DNA from: Vicugna vicugna | Lineage: Eukaryota | NCBI GenBank assembly: GCA_013265495.1 | Contig: MU059953.1 | Span: forward strand, 4,116,501-4,180,500 | Direction: 5' to 3' | Length of the DNA: 64,000 nt | Shown: in pieces, positions 32,401-44,480 of the stretch | How the letters are laid out: each line of letters starts with the position of its first letter | Numbering within the stretch: the stretch's first letter is position 1 | The notes under the pieces: generated by a model | The model's database searches: none | What the model saw: the letters and a program-made list of their open reading frames with translations, nothing else | What the model was told of the DNA's origin: nothing | Program-made: the position numbers and the translations under genes

Positions 32401-35400
32401 GGGCCCAGATGTGCTCAGCACGAATGAATGGATGAGAAAGGAGGGAGTGACTGATGTTGGCGTTATACCCAACTCGTGGCTAGCAAGCAGGCGGCTCGGC
32501 CCCTTCTCCCACCTGAGGGAGGTGGCACCCAACCCAGGCGCCAAAATGTCCATTTGAGGTCAGGGTGAGACCCAGCCTCCGGAGCCTGGGCCACCTCTCA
32601 GCACGTCCTGGTGTAACCAGAGGTCCAGTCTGCGCGCCAGGCTCCGAGGGTGGCGTGGGGAGCCAGGGGCTGCCAGGAGCCTCGTCTGGCAATGACCCAC
32701 AGAGCACCTGGGGCCGCTTGGACCCCACCTCCCCCGGGGGTCCTCTCCCTCCTCTGTGCTCAGCAGAGTCCCGCTTCCTGCTGGGGAGGGGAGGGGCGGC
32801 CCCAGCCCCCCGACCCCCTGCCTCTCTCTCTTCCTGCCAGAGAGGTGGATGGCGCTCCCAGACTTCCCCGACCACCACAAGTGGGGCTTCTCCCTGGCGG
32901 CACTGAACAATGACGTCTACGTGACAGGTGGGCAGGCGGGGGGGCCCCCCGCCTTGGAGCCAAGCTCTCTGCTGCTCAATCCGCACAGCAGACCTGAACT
33001 CTGGACCTAATCCCCGTGAGAACCAGCTCTCGCCCTCCTCTCGGTGGGATCCCTGACAGTGTAGTCCAGACTCTTCCAGATCTTTCCATCACGTGAAAAC
33101 AAGGAAATTTAAAATCCACGGGTCCACATGAGGGCGTAGGAACCGTTCCGTGCTGCGTCTGACATGGAACCTCAGGTGGCCTTGCTGCCCCACAGCAGGG
33201 GCCTCCCCAGAAGGGCCTGTGTGACGGGGTGGGGGTCACTCTGTTCTCGTACATCTTACAAGCCGGGGGTCCTTGTAAGGTTTGGTTGAGAAAAAAACTC
33301 TTCCACTGATGGAGGCTTGAACCCACTGATCTCATCCCCTTGTTTACGGGGCGTGGAGGGGCCTGTCCAGGTCTAGGCTAGGCTGTGCCAGCCCCGTCCC
33401 ACCCGGCCCCGTGTCTGGCAGCACAGAGGCCTGGCAGAGCGGGAAAAGGGGGCAGGACACTTGGTGCCCAGCTCCCACTGGCTCGGGGACCCCAGGCCGG
33501 TGGGCGCCCGAGTGGACAGAGCCTCTCCCAGCAGGGGGCTCTCGGGGCACCAAGACGGACACGTGGTCCACAACGCAGGCCTGGTGCTTCCCGCTGAAGG
33601 AGGCGGCCTGGAGGCCCGTGGCACCCATGCTGAAGGCCCGCACGAACCACGCCAGTGCAGCGCTTAACGGTGAGATCTACGCCATCGGCGGTAAGTCTCC
33701 CTCCCCGAAGCCTCCTGCCTGTTCCACCCCCCTCCCCGCCTCTGCAGCCACAGCCTCCCCACCCACACCTGGACCGTGCCTCCCACCCCCTGGGCGTCCT
33801 GGAGTGAGGCTCAGGCATGAGTCTCAGCAGCCAGCTCCAGGGTGGTTGAATGCACTCCAGGGGTGCAGAGAACAGGGCAAGGAGTCAGTTCCCGAAAGGG
33901 ACACAGGAGGGGCTGGGGCCTCAAGCTGCCAGCAGGGATGACCACTCCCATCCCAGAACCTTGGGCTCAGCCCTTAGCTCCGGGCCACCTCCTTGGTGAT
34001 GTCCCTGGGGTGAGGGGGCCCACCGTGCACTTTTTGCGGTCACCTTTGCCCCCACCACGCCCCCAGCCTGAGCATGGGGCCCACCTTGTCCCCTGCTACC
34101 CTAGAGCCACAGTTGCCCCCGAGATGCTAACGGTTAGATGCACATTGAGAGATGAATTGTGTGTGGCTGAGCAAGGGTTTCCTGAGGCCTCTGTAGGTGA
34201 CAAGCTGATCCTGAGGCTACTCCTAGGTCCTGGCTGGCCCCTCTTCCCTCAGTGGCTGCCGTGTCCCTGACCCGAGAGTAGAGGACATGCACAAGGCCGA
34301 AGCCCAAGGCCGCTCAGGGTCCCCGGGCTCTCAGGGCTAAGGTGGCCTCCAGTGAGAGCAGTGGCCTCCCACCCTCGGCTGGTCTGTGTCATCATCACAG
34401 CCAGGCTCTCCGGAGCTGGCCGGGGGCTGCCCAAATCTCCCCTGTGGAATGACTTCCTCCATCCTGGGGAAGGACTCCACCATGGGAGCGGCCAAGGGGC
34501 GGCGGACTCCTGGGGGCTCCCGTGGGCACCTCGCCAAGCACCTGGGCTCTGCAGGGGTCGGAGTGTCTGGGCTTCACTGTGAGGCCCCATTGCCCACTTC
34601 GGAGGCAGGCGTCCCCGGTCCAGGTGCCCACCCACCTGCCACTTCTTGGCAGTGGGGCCTTGGGCAAACACCCCTCCTCTCAGAGCCGGAGCTTCCCTCC
34701 CTGTAAGACGGGGAAAACTCACCTGCCTCTCAGGGCCGTGCTCTCCTTCTCTTGCCCTTCCCCTCCTGGGGCACCCAGGGAGGTGCCTGAGACCTCTGCA
34801 GAGCCTCGAATCCTGTACATCCGGGAACCATCCCTTGTCCTAGCCCGCTGCAGCCCTGCCCCCCACCCACCCTGCTGCAGGCACCACTCTGGACGTGGTG
34901 GAGGTGGAGAGCTATGACCCCTACACAGACGCCTGGACGCCCGTCCGCCCGGCCCTCAAGTACGTCAGCAACTTCTCGGCGGCCGGCTGCCGGGGCAGGC
35001 TCTACCTGGTGGGCTCCAGCGCCTGCAAGTACAACGCGCTCGCCCTGCAGTGCTACAACCCTGTCACAGGTGGGGGGCCCGGGCCCGGGCCCAGGGGCAG
35101 AGCACAGGGGGCCCCAGGCCCTCCCTGCAAGGCCATGATCCCGCCTCAGTGAGCGGGAGGGTGGGCGCCCCAGGGATGGGGGGCCCGGGGGTCAGGGAGC
35201 AGGCAGTCACAGGCCTCTTATGAAGGGCCACAGCCCCATGGGAGGTGGATGGGACAGTGGAGGAGGGCAGGGGACTGAGGGGGCAGGAAACCAAGGGGGT
35301 TCCCGGCACAGAGCCACAGCCCCATCCCCGCCTAGAGGTGTAGGGGTTGGGGCAGGAACAGAGCGCCCAGGGTAGGGGACAGGGAAGCCCAGCTCTGTGT

Positions 35401-37770
35401 CCTGAAAGCTGTCTGGCTGCTGTGTCTGCCTGGAACTAGCCTCGTGGGCCAGGAGCAGTGGCCTGGACCTCCACGGCCCAGTGGGCACCAACTTGGGCTC
35501 TAGATTCTATGCCAGGATTTGGGCCCCAGCTGGGCTCTCTGACGTGGTAGCCCTCCTGGCCCGTCTCTCACCATCACCTCTGTTCCGTCCTCTGGACGAT
35601 GCAGGTGACAACAGGACCCACCCTGCAGGGTGGGTGTGCAGATTCCGCAGGAGACGGACTAGACCAGGTTACCTGCCGGGGGGGACCAGCAGGACAGAGG
35701 CAGAGGGCCGGGGCGCCCGGTCAGGAAGGGGCAGGGTGGGGTGGCAGCCTGGCCACGTGAGGCCCTCCCGAGGATCCGAGGATGATGAGGCTCCAAGGCA
35801 GCCCTGCACCCCTGTGGGAGAGGGAGGCTGAGTGAGGTGTGGGCAGTGGGCTCAGGCGGTGGCACCCCCACCCCCACCAAAAGGAGCTTGCCCTGAGGCT
35901 CAGGGAGGTCCTTCCTCCGGGAGCCCCTGACCACCTGATGACAGCGGTGTCTCGTGTCCCTGCAGACGCGTGGAGCGTGATCGCCTCACCCTTCCTCCCC
36001 AAGTACTTGTCCTCACCGCGCTGCGCTGCACTGCAGGGGGCGCTCTACCTGGTGGGGGACAACACCAAAAAGGTCTATGTGTACGACCCCGGGGCCAACC
36101 TGTGGCAGAAGGTGAGTCCCAGTCTCGCCTCCCAGGGACCCTGGGACCCTTGACAGGGCAGAGAGCAGGCCTGGGGACCACGGGGCTGCGGGTGTCGACA
36201 TAGTAGGGGTGGACAGTGGATGGAGACTCAAGGCCCCAGAGCCTGGGCTGAGCCCCTCTGAGGATGGGCCAGCTGGGGACCTCGGGCTGCTGGTCACCAT
36301 AGGTGGTCTGTCCCCAGCACACGATGGCGTGGCCTGACCTCCTCCTTAGGGGTAAAGCCAGGTTCAGCCGGGGTCCTAAAGGACCACTGTGGACTCAGAA
36401 AAAGCACTTCCTTCCCGGTGTCAGCCAGGACCAAGAGGGAGTGAGTCTCTGGCCCCTGGGATGGTCAAGCCACAGAGGGGATCCTGAGCTGTGGGTGGGG
36501 TGGAGCAGCCAGCTCCTTGGCACCCCATCCTCCAGCCCGCCACCCCCAGACCTGCTCCTCCCCCTCCTCCATTGGGCACAGGGGAGGGGTGGGGGTGGGC
36601 ATCTCAAGACCTGCCTTCGGGGACACCGGAGCCCTGGTCTTTCTCCGTTTTTCTTCCTGAGAAGGAGGAGGGGCAGTGCCCAGAGCCCCTGATGGCCTCT
36701 GCACGAGCAGGGCCAGCCAGGCAACAGCAGGGCCTCTGTGAGCCTGCTGACTGCAGCTGTCCCCCGGCGTCAGCGCTCAGCTGACCGGAGGCCCCCATTA
36801 CAGCAGAAAAACAGGTGCAGGGCCGGCCCCGCCAGCCAGGTCTCTCCGGCCCACAGTGCTGCTCTGGGCTGGGGTCCCAGCTGTGCCGGGCTCCGCTTTG
36901 CCGCCCAGGCCCAGGGGCTTACAGCTGGGCACTGTCTTCGTGTGAAGGCCTCCTCCTACCTTCCCCCCAGGCTCTTCCAGGAGGGCCCGTGTCTCTCTCT
37001 GGCCTTTGGAAAGCTGTTAGCCCTCACCCCGCGATACTCCTGAGGCCATGGGCCGAGGCAAGGGGTACAGGGGCAGAGCGAGGGGTCCCCTGGGGACATC
37101 CGTCAGGGCTGAAGCCACATTTGTCCCCTCCAAGGAGCAGCCAAAAATCAGAGGCCAAGCCCAGACCTCACCCTGGGAGGCAGCTCCAGGCTCAGGCTTC
37201 CACATCCTCGCCCCCTCCCTGTGACTCCCAACTTCAGATATGAGCTAATTTAGCCTGGGAGAGCCGGAGGGGGCTGGAAACACCATCCTGGGAGGTGCAG
37301 GGGGGAGGGGAGCAGCAGGGTCCCCGCAGAGGAGGGAGAGTCTGAGGGGTCCTGGAGGGGGAGGGGAGTTACAGGAAGCCGGGGGACGCAGGTGCCTGGC
37401 AAGGCGTGTTGGGCGGGATGCAGGCCGTCCTCTCTGTGTGTCCCCTGCCCCACCCTGAGGGCACCTGTCACCACCGCCCTCCGGCCGTCCATTGACACTG
37501 ACCACAGGCCATCCACAGGTGCAGTCCCTGCACAGCCTGCACGAGAACGGAGCGCTGGTGCCGCTGGGCGACGCGCTGTACTTGACGGGTGGCCGCTGGC
37601 AGGGCATGGACGGCGACTACCACGTGGAGATGGAGGCCTATGACCGCAGGCGCGACGCCTGGATCCGCCACGGCGCCCTGCCCCGTCTCTGGCTTTACCA
37701 CGGGGCCTCTGCCGTCTTCCTGGACGTGTCCAAGTGGACCCAGCCCTTCAGGTTGACTGAGGATCACTGA
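28648..37770 (+). CDS. KLHL30: Kelch-like protein 30, 579 aa; join(28648..29421,30858..30993,32841..32927,33535..33690,34881..35069,35966..36111,37519..37770)
   Basis: [20 protein letters not shown] start, BTB and BACK domains, kelch repeats (YVTGG, YAIGG, YLTGG); 1740 nt in frame with GT-AG junctions. Confidence 0.96.
30858..30993 (+). CDS. KLHL30: KLHL30 coding exon 2
   Basis: ccacag acceptor; [45 protein letters not shown]; donor GTGAGT. Confidence 0.93.
32195..32315 (-). mobile_element. MIR fragment
   Basis: CATTCTACAGATGAGGAAACTGAGGCT core. Confidence 0.65.
32841..32927 (+). CDS. KLHL30: KLHL30 coding exon 3
   Basis: tgccag acceptor; [28 protein letters not shown]; donor GTGGGC. Confidence 0.93.
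33535..33690 (+). CDS. KLHL30: KLHL30 coding exon 4
   Basis: cagcag acceptor; [51 protein letters not shown]; donor GTAAGT. Confidence 0.93.
34881..35069 (+). CDS. KLHL30: KLHL30 coding exon 5
   Basis: ctgcag acceptor; [18 protein letters not shown]...ALQCYNPVT; donor GTGGGG. Confidence 0.93.
35966..36111 (+). CDS. KLHL30: KLHL30 coding exon 6
   Basis: ctgcag acceptor; [19 protein letters not shown]...[10 protein letters not shown]; donor GTGAGT. Confidence 0.94.
37519..37770 (+). CDS. KLHL30: KLHL30 last coding exon
   Basis: ccacag acceptor; [27 protein letters not shown]...[15 protein letters not shown]. Confidence 0.94.
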   Translation: MQSLHSLHENGALVPLGDALYLTGGRWQGMDGDYHVEMEAYDRRRDAWIRHGALPRLWLYHGASAVFLDVSKWTQPFRLTEDH

Positions 37771-40700
37771 GCCGCTCCTCAGCACATCTGCAGGGGGCCC
37801 AGCTCAGCCCCCACCCTGACGGATGACTCCCTTCCATTTTGGTTTGTGACTCAGCGTCACCATCCCTCCAGGGCTCGGGCTGGGCTCGGCCCCTAGGGAT
37901 GGACGTCAGAAGACACAGCCTTGGTCTCCGCAGCCAGCAGGCCAAACTCTGAGCTGACGGGCAGTGGGGGCTGGGCCTCTGAGTGCCTGAAGAGAGAGGA
38001 GAAGCAGCCCTCCTGCCGGGGGTGTCTGAGGCCTCGGAGGAAGGAGCCCAGGGCCCAGGAAGCGCCGTGAGAACTCTCCTGCTCTCTGAATACTGGCTGA
38101 GGCTCCTGGCTGTGCGTCCCACTTGTGGCTTTTGGAGGAGCAGCACAGATGAGGGTGATACAGAGTGGCCCAGGGAACTGAGAGCGGGGGCAGCACCTGG
38201 CCCTGGGGGCCTGCTTCTGCCCAGTCCACAGTCACTCGGTCACGGCTGGCATCCGGCCGTCCCTGGGGCTCAGGCACACAGGGCTGGCGCCTGTGGGCTG
38301 TCTGCGCTCCCTGCCCCTGGGCCCTGCACACTGTTTCCAAAGGCTGCTTCTGGGGGCAAAGGGGGCGCAGTTCTTTCTGTGTCAGCCCCCCAGAGGGCAG
38401 CTGAAGGAAGGAGGTGGGGTGTGGGGGCCGAGAGAGGGTCCTTCTGCCTGCTTGGGGGCTGCGGGGAGAGAAGGCAGCAAGACTCCCAGGGAGGTGGCCA
38501 GGAAGAGCCAGGATGTCCCCTGTTCCTCGGGGTTGTTTGCGTCAAAACAAAAGCTCTTCATCAGAAAGAAGGTCCCCAGAGGGGGGCTCACGGTGTGTGT
38601 GGGGGTGGTCCTGCCTGGATTTCTGGGGACAGCTCTTGAGTGAGTTGGTGTCTTGCTCCCAGGTGGCCTCCTGAGTGGGGAGGAGCCAGTCTGGAGTGAC
38701 AGGTGGCTCAGGCCTGCCCAGAACCCCCAACTTGGACTTGGGGCCCCTCATGGAGCTCGCTCAGCCTCCCTGCTCCTCGCCCCAACTGAACAGTACACCG
38801 AGTCTGTAATCAGGGGACAGCGAAGGACTCACACTGGTGCTCAGTGGCCCTCTGCCTTTGAAAGGCTCCAACAGGGACACAGGGAATTGCGGATTCTGGG
38901 ATCAGCCTGACTCCAGCCCTGGCACTGACCGGCTGAGGCCTTGGGGAGCTCTTGTCTCCCTCTGGACCTGGGTTTCCTCTCCAGGGGCAGTGCCCAGCTC
39001 CTCCTTGAACCCACCGGGAACCAGAGGGGCCTCTGACATCCCTGGGTCTGAGGAAGGAATCCCCGGGTCCCTCCAGCTTCCATAGACCCAGATCCACTTT
39101 GCTCCCAGACCTGACTCCTTAGGGCCGTTTCTTGTGGAAGAATTGAGTTGGCCCCCAGGGCCCAGACAGAGCAGGGCCTCCTGAGTGTCTGCTCCCAGAC
39201 GAACATGAGCCCCAGACTGGAGGACACCTTGGCGGCTGGTGGAGTGGGGGAAAATTAGGATGAAGGTTTCTCGGGTCCTTGAATCTTTCTGAAAGAAAAC
39301 CTTCTGAAATGTTTTCTAGACGGTTATTGACAGTGCTCAGACAGGTGTTCCTTCAAAACAAAGACTCGGCATGTCAAGATGGACCTGTTTTGATCACAAA
39401 TGGGTAGTTGAAAGGGAGGTGTTCTAGGATAAGGCCTGCTTTCTGCTCCTGCCCATACGCATGGCGATGGTAGGGCAGTCGCTGTGGTGGGGGAGCATAG
39501 AAAATCCAGGGCCTTGTCCTCAACTTCGGGGTGCCAGACTGCACTCCATCTGATCAGCTGAGCTGCCTTTATTCAGGGTGCCTGTTGGACCCCTCAAATG
39601 GACTGATGGGGGAGAGTTTAATGAGGGGCTATTTCCAAGAGCTCGAGAGGCCCCTAGGGCTGGTGGGGCGCTGTCACCACCCCACTGACTCCAAAAAGAG
39701 AGCTGGAGGGAGAGGCTGCCAGGAAGCTGGGGCCTTTGCTAAAGGAACACAGCCACTGCCACTATCCCAGTGGGGAGGAAGTGGTGGGACAGATACCCCA
39801 ACCTCGCTCTTTCCTGCCCCTTAGTTCCCCCTGGTGCCTCCCACTGGCCAAAACCAACCAGACTCAGGGGGGAGACAGGCCACTGACACAGTCCACACCA
39901 GCTGGGCCACAGGGGCAGGAGCAGGTGGAGAAGGGTGGACAGGGCACCAGGATGGGCAAACAGGAGATCTCTAGTATGCAAATCAAACACTCAAGGGATT
40001 CTCATGTAAAGTGGAGACTATGTACCGGTGCAACACAGACGGTCACAGAGAACCCAGGCTTCCTCATCCCTTTTCAAAGTCCCCAGAGAAACAAGGCTCA
40101 TCCGAAGGTTTGGGGCCTGTGCAGAATCCAGAAATGAGGATGGATAACCTTGGAACATGTGCAGAAGCCCAGCAAACTCTCAGGCCCACGGAGGGTGAAA
40201 CCACCTTCCCAGCCCCAGAGCACTCCTGTGCGCCCAGTGGGCGCATGTTGTCTTCTTTTCAATGTTGGGTAAACTGAGACACTCCCAGCAGACCCCGCCT
40301 TCAGTGACCACAGTACCCTCAGCAGCCAGGCCCAGCACAGCCAGCCAGGGTGCAGCTCCCTTTGGTCCCCAGGTGAGCCAGGTTCTGGGGAAGCTTCAAG
40401 CCAATTTCATTGGGCTTGGATTTTCCAGTACCTCCTAGACAAGACCCTTTCACTATTGAGCACCTTCCCGGTGCCAGGCAGGGGCGGTGATTGATGGAAT
40501 CAGGCAGTTGACACCCTCAAGTAAATGTTTGTAATTAAATGGACTGATCAAATGACAGCTCACTGTGGTCAATTTAGACTTCTACTTTGGTTGGTTGCTT
40601 GACCAGTTGGCCTAGTGGGAAGTATGAGTATTGACCTGGATTCTGTTAGATTTAAGAAGGGGGCGGTCACAGCCATATACAAGGTAAGGATGTCCATTCC

Positions 40701-41329
40701 TTCAGGGACACATCAGTGCCCTTTGATCCCCAGTGCCCAGCACAGTGCGGGACACTCAGACTGAAGTGTAGCTGCCCTTGCTGTGTGTATTGGACTGGGG
40801 ACACAGGAGGACAACCAGACGTGGAGCTGATTAACTGAAGAATGGAACCAACTGCGATGAGAATACTCATGGATGAAGTAAGTCCCTCTTTGGAATAAAT
40901 ACCCCAGGAGGCAATGTGATGTCCTCAAAGCTAACAGACATCCTAGAAGTTATTTTGGTCACAATCACATTTAAGAATGTCGACAAAATGGTCAACAGAG
41001 CCATTGATAGCTACCCTCTTACATTAGGCTGAGAGGTGAGCTAAGGCCAAATTAAAAAAATTGATCTCTTGAAAACGTGAAAACAATTAGCAGACAATAA
41101 CCCAGAAGACCCTGTGGGTAGAAGTGAGAAAGAACGCTTCCCCGTCAGACCTGCGACTGTCCACAGTCCCACCCCGGATGCACGTAACAGTTCCTAGCAC
41201 TCGCCCCTGTGCACATAGCAGGAATTGAGACAATATTCATTGAGTTGAGTTGAATCTGTGACTTCTTCAGAGCTACTGATCTCAAGCTGTGGGGGCTGGA
41301 TCTAGACGAAGTTTCATTTGGTAGCTCCA

Positions 41330-41410
41330 TGACCTTGGGTCAGTCCCAAGATCTGGCCTCAGTTTCCACATCTGGGTAATGGGGGTGATCATGTACTGTG
41401 AGAATTAGAT
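41330..41410 (+). mobile_element. MIR fragment
   Basis: GACCTTGGG...CCTCAGTTTCCACATCTGGGTAATGGGGG...GTGAGAATTAGAT. Confidence 0.6.
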
Positions 41411-43399
41411 GCTGTCATGCTGGGAAGTCTCCGGCGGACAGCAAAGATTGCCTGCCTGTCCATCGGGAGGCCACACAACAAGCTATTTCAGGCTCCCACT
41501 GTTTTGGGGGGCAAAGGGAGCTTTTATTCCCATGACTTCATCAGCAAAGGTCCTTCCTTTGGAGGAAGAGAGAGAAGTGGGAACAGCTTGACTGCATCAG
41601 GCCACTGGGAAGGCTGTGACATGAGGGCCCAAGAATGAGGATTAGATTTAAGCCAAGCATGGAGGCGCATGGGGGAGGCCACCTCGTGCCCCGCCTGGCC
41701 CTCTTCTGCAGCCACTCCTGTACCTCCACCCTGGAAACTGTTAACTAGCGCCTCTACTGCTTCGGGCTCCGTGGGATGCTGCTGCAGGGGGAGGGGCATC
41801 GGGGCCCTGTTTCCGGTGGTCCTTGATCTGTGTGATTCTCTGCCAAGCTCGCTGCTCCTCTGAGTAGAGGTTGTTTTGGGAATGTGACCCCCAAAACATG
41901 CAGGGAGCCCCACTGGAAGGCCCCAGCTCTCTGTGCTCTCCTGCCTGGGGCCAGGCTGTGTCATTGTCTCTGGATAGTGTTACGGGAGCTGCACCAGCAC
42001 CAGAACCGATTTGATTTGGGCCCTCTGGCAGGCTTATGACATCATTAGGATTGTTCACCGTTTGGGAAAATAACTGTTTTCACATGGCAACGGCTCTTGT
42101 CCTCGGTGCTGGCCTCCTAAGGGCTAGGGCACCCTGCTGTGAGGTGGCCGTGATAGCGCAAGAGTATCTTAAGGATCACATGCCTCAAATCTGGTACCTG
42201 CCCCTGCCACATCCCCCGTGTTGCCAAAGGTGATGGAGCCTGAGCCTCACCTTCCCAGGGTGTTGGTTGGAACTAACAGCATCCAGTCCTGAAAGCAGCG
42301 TGCCTCACATGCAGTGGACAGAATACAGGCTAGCAACCCATAAGTGGAGTCCCCAAGAGGCCTGGCCTCCATGCTGGGGGTGACTGTCACCAGCCACCTT
42401 ACACCTCACTAATGAGTGGGATTCCAGATGAGGGATCAGGGCCAACAACTGTTATTGTGCCCATTGTACAGAGCAGCAAACTGAGGCTCAGAGGGATGAT
42501 TACTTAAAGGCCCCTAGATGTGCCTCCTCCGAAGCCACAGATGGCCATGGGAGGACAAGGTTTGCTGAGCAGACCCACTGCTGGGTCTGTTCTGGACTCT
42601 GACCATGCTCTGCCAGGGCCTCTGTGGCCCAGAGCCTTTGTCTTCAGGGACACTTTCCCCCTCAGGACGTGGTGTGATGACCCTCACGCCTCAAGCAGCC
42701 TGGAAAGCAAGCAGGCCTGGCTCTTGTCTCCACACAGCATCTAGCGTGGTCTCAGCTCACCCCAGGGCAGGCCCCGAGGACCCATGTGCATTAGTCTCAA
42801 CTTTCAGGCAAGGAAACCGAGACTCCAAGAAGCTCCAGGACAGACTGGCCACCCTCAGGTGAAGGGCGGAGCCCCTTCCCTACCACACTGGGCTCACCTC
42901 TCCCCCCCTGTGGCATTCCATCCTCCCAGGAAGGGAGAGGCTTGTGGATGAGACCCCACCCCACCCTGGCCCTGGTTCAAGAGTGGCAGCCACACGTGTT
43001 TCCCTGGGCTTCCCTCACAGCTAGACCCCCACGGGAAACCCCACACCTAAGGGGTACCTGTCTCAGGGAAAAGACAGAGTCATATCTTCAGTAACCTTCG
43101 AACTCATCACGTAGCTGGTGTTTTGCATCATCATAATGGGAGGGTGGGGGAAGAGGCAATGCCTGCCTAATAGAAGGAAACAGCCCAGGGCAGGGTGAGG
43201 GGCCCGGCTTTTTTTAGGGTGGAGCCTGGAGCTCAGGTCTGGTCCACCTGTCCCCAAGGAGTGCCCTGCGCTGATCTCGGTGGTCTGCGAGTAATCTGGC
43301 CCCTGGTCAGATCTGCCCCCGACACCACACCAGGTCGAGCTAGGGCTCAATCCTCCTAGTCTGGGCCTCGGTGCGCCCACTCCAGTGCAAGGCAGCTGC

Positions 43400-44480
43400 C
43401 CCTGGTTGTAGATTTGCGCTGTGAGCGCTGCCCTGCCGAGGTTGCGCAGGTGCGCCCTGGTTGGGGGAAAGCCGCGCGTCCCGGAGCTCCGGACGCCTTA
43501 GCCACGGCGGGAAGGCTGCCCCGGAAGAGAGGGGTCGCCGCCTGACAAAGGGGTGCCAAGGAGGAACACTGACGGTCTTCCCGCTCTGACGTGCTCAACC
43601 TAGCACGCAGGGCGCGGCCAGGAGAATGGGGAGGAGGCGTCTCGAGGTCCCCGCCGAAGATGCGTGGGAAACGGGAAGGGATGCCCCCGGGCCAGAAGGG
43701 GCGTCCTGGCTTCCCGAGAAGCAGAAGCGCAGGATAGGATGCAGAGAGGGGCCGGGAGCCAAGAGTTGGAGCGGAAATGCGCTCGACAGGAGAGGGCGGT
43801 GAGGCCACCGCTAGCGCGTGCTCCCGGAGCCTCCTGCCTCCTCTGTATCCCCTTCCTCACACCCCCTTCCCGATCCTGCTCCCCCGCTTTCCTAACCTGT
43901 GCCCCGCCCAGCATCCCTTGCAGTGCCCCCTTCCCTCTCCGCACACAACCCCAGTGCAGCGGCTGCCCTCCCCGCACCCCGCACCGCCTGCTGCAGCGCA
44001 GCACCCTCTTCCCTCCCCGCACCCTCCCCCCTCGCTCCCCGCTGCAGCGCGCGCGGGAGCCGGGAGGGGGCGCCGGCCGGGGACGCGCGCTCTCCGGACC
44101 CGGCGGGGGATTCAAGCGCGTTATAAGGCGCCGAGCCGGAGAGCGAGTCCCAGACGGCGCTCTCGGACATCAGAGGGACCCGCCGCCCGCATGGCCCCCG
44201 TCTGCTGCCCGGCTAAAGCCCTGATGCTCATGTTCGCCGGCCTGCTGGCCGTCGGCCTCGGCTCCCCGGAGCCCGACGCACCCTCGGGGAACCGCGCCCG
44301 GGAGGAGCCGCCGCCCGAGAACGAGCTGCCCGCGGGGTCGGCCGCCCGCCCGCTGGTAAGACGCCGCCCGACTTGGGCCCGGGCCCCAGCGCCCAGCGCC
44401 CTCCGGGCCTCAGTTCCCCGACCCGGAGCCCACAGCTCCCTGAGTTCCAGGGCGCAGCGAGGGCGGAGGGCGCTTGTCTA
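43400..44480. promoter_or_regulatory. ERFE: ERFE promoter CpG island with TATA-like box
   Basis: Dense CpG; TATAAG at 44122-44127, about 65 nt upstream of ATG 44191; GC boxes upstream. Confidence 0.8.
44191..44355 (+). CDS. ERFE: ERFE exon 1 coding part (signal peptide)
   Basis: [28 protein letters not shown]...SAARPL; donor GTAAGA at 44356. Confidence 0.9.

Noticed and set aside
38640-39550. Possible LTR-derived segment downstream of KLHL30
   Set aside because: I could not identify termini or a family from the sequence alone
37771-41060. KLHL30 polyadenylation site
   Set aside because: I saw no AATAAA; ATTAAA at 40534 and 41051 are possible but unsupported
43372-44456. Four MTF1-type TGCRCNC cores (43372, 43451, 43778, 44450 reverse) near the ERFE start
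   Set aside because: A rough estimate gives 2-3 by chance in 1.1 kb of this composition, so four is not enriched
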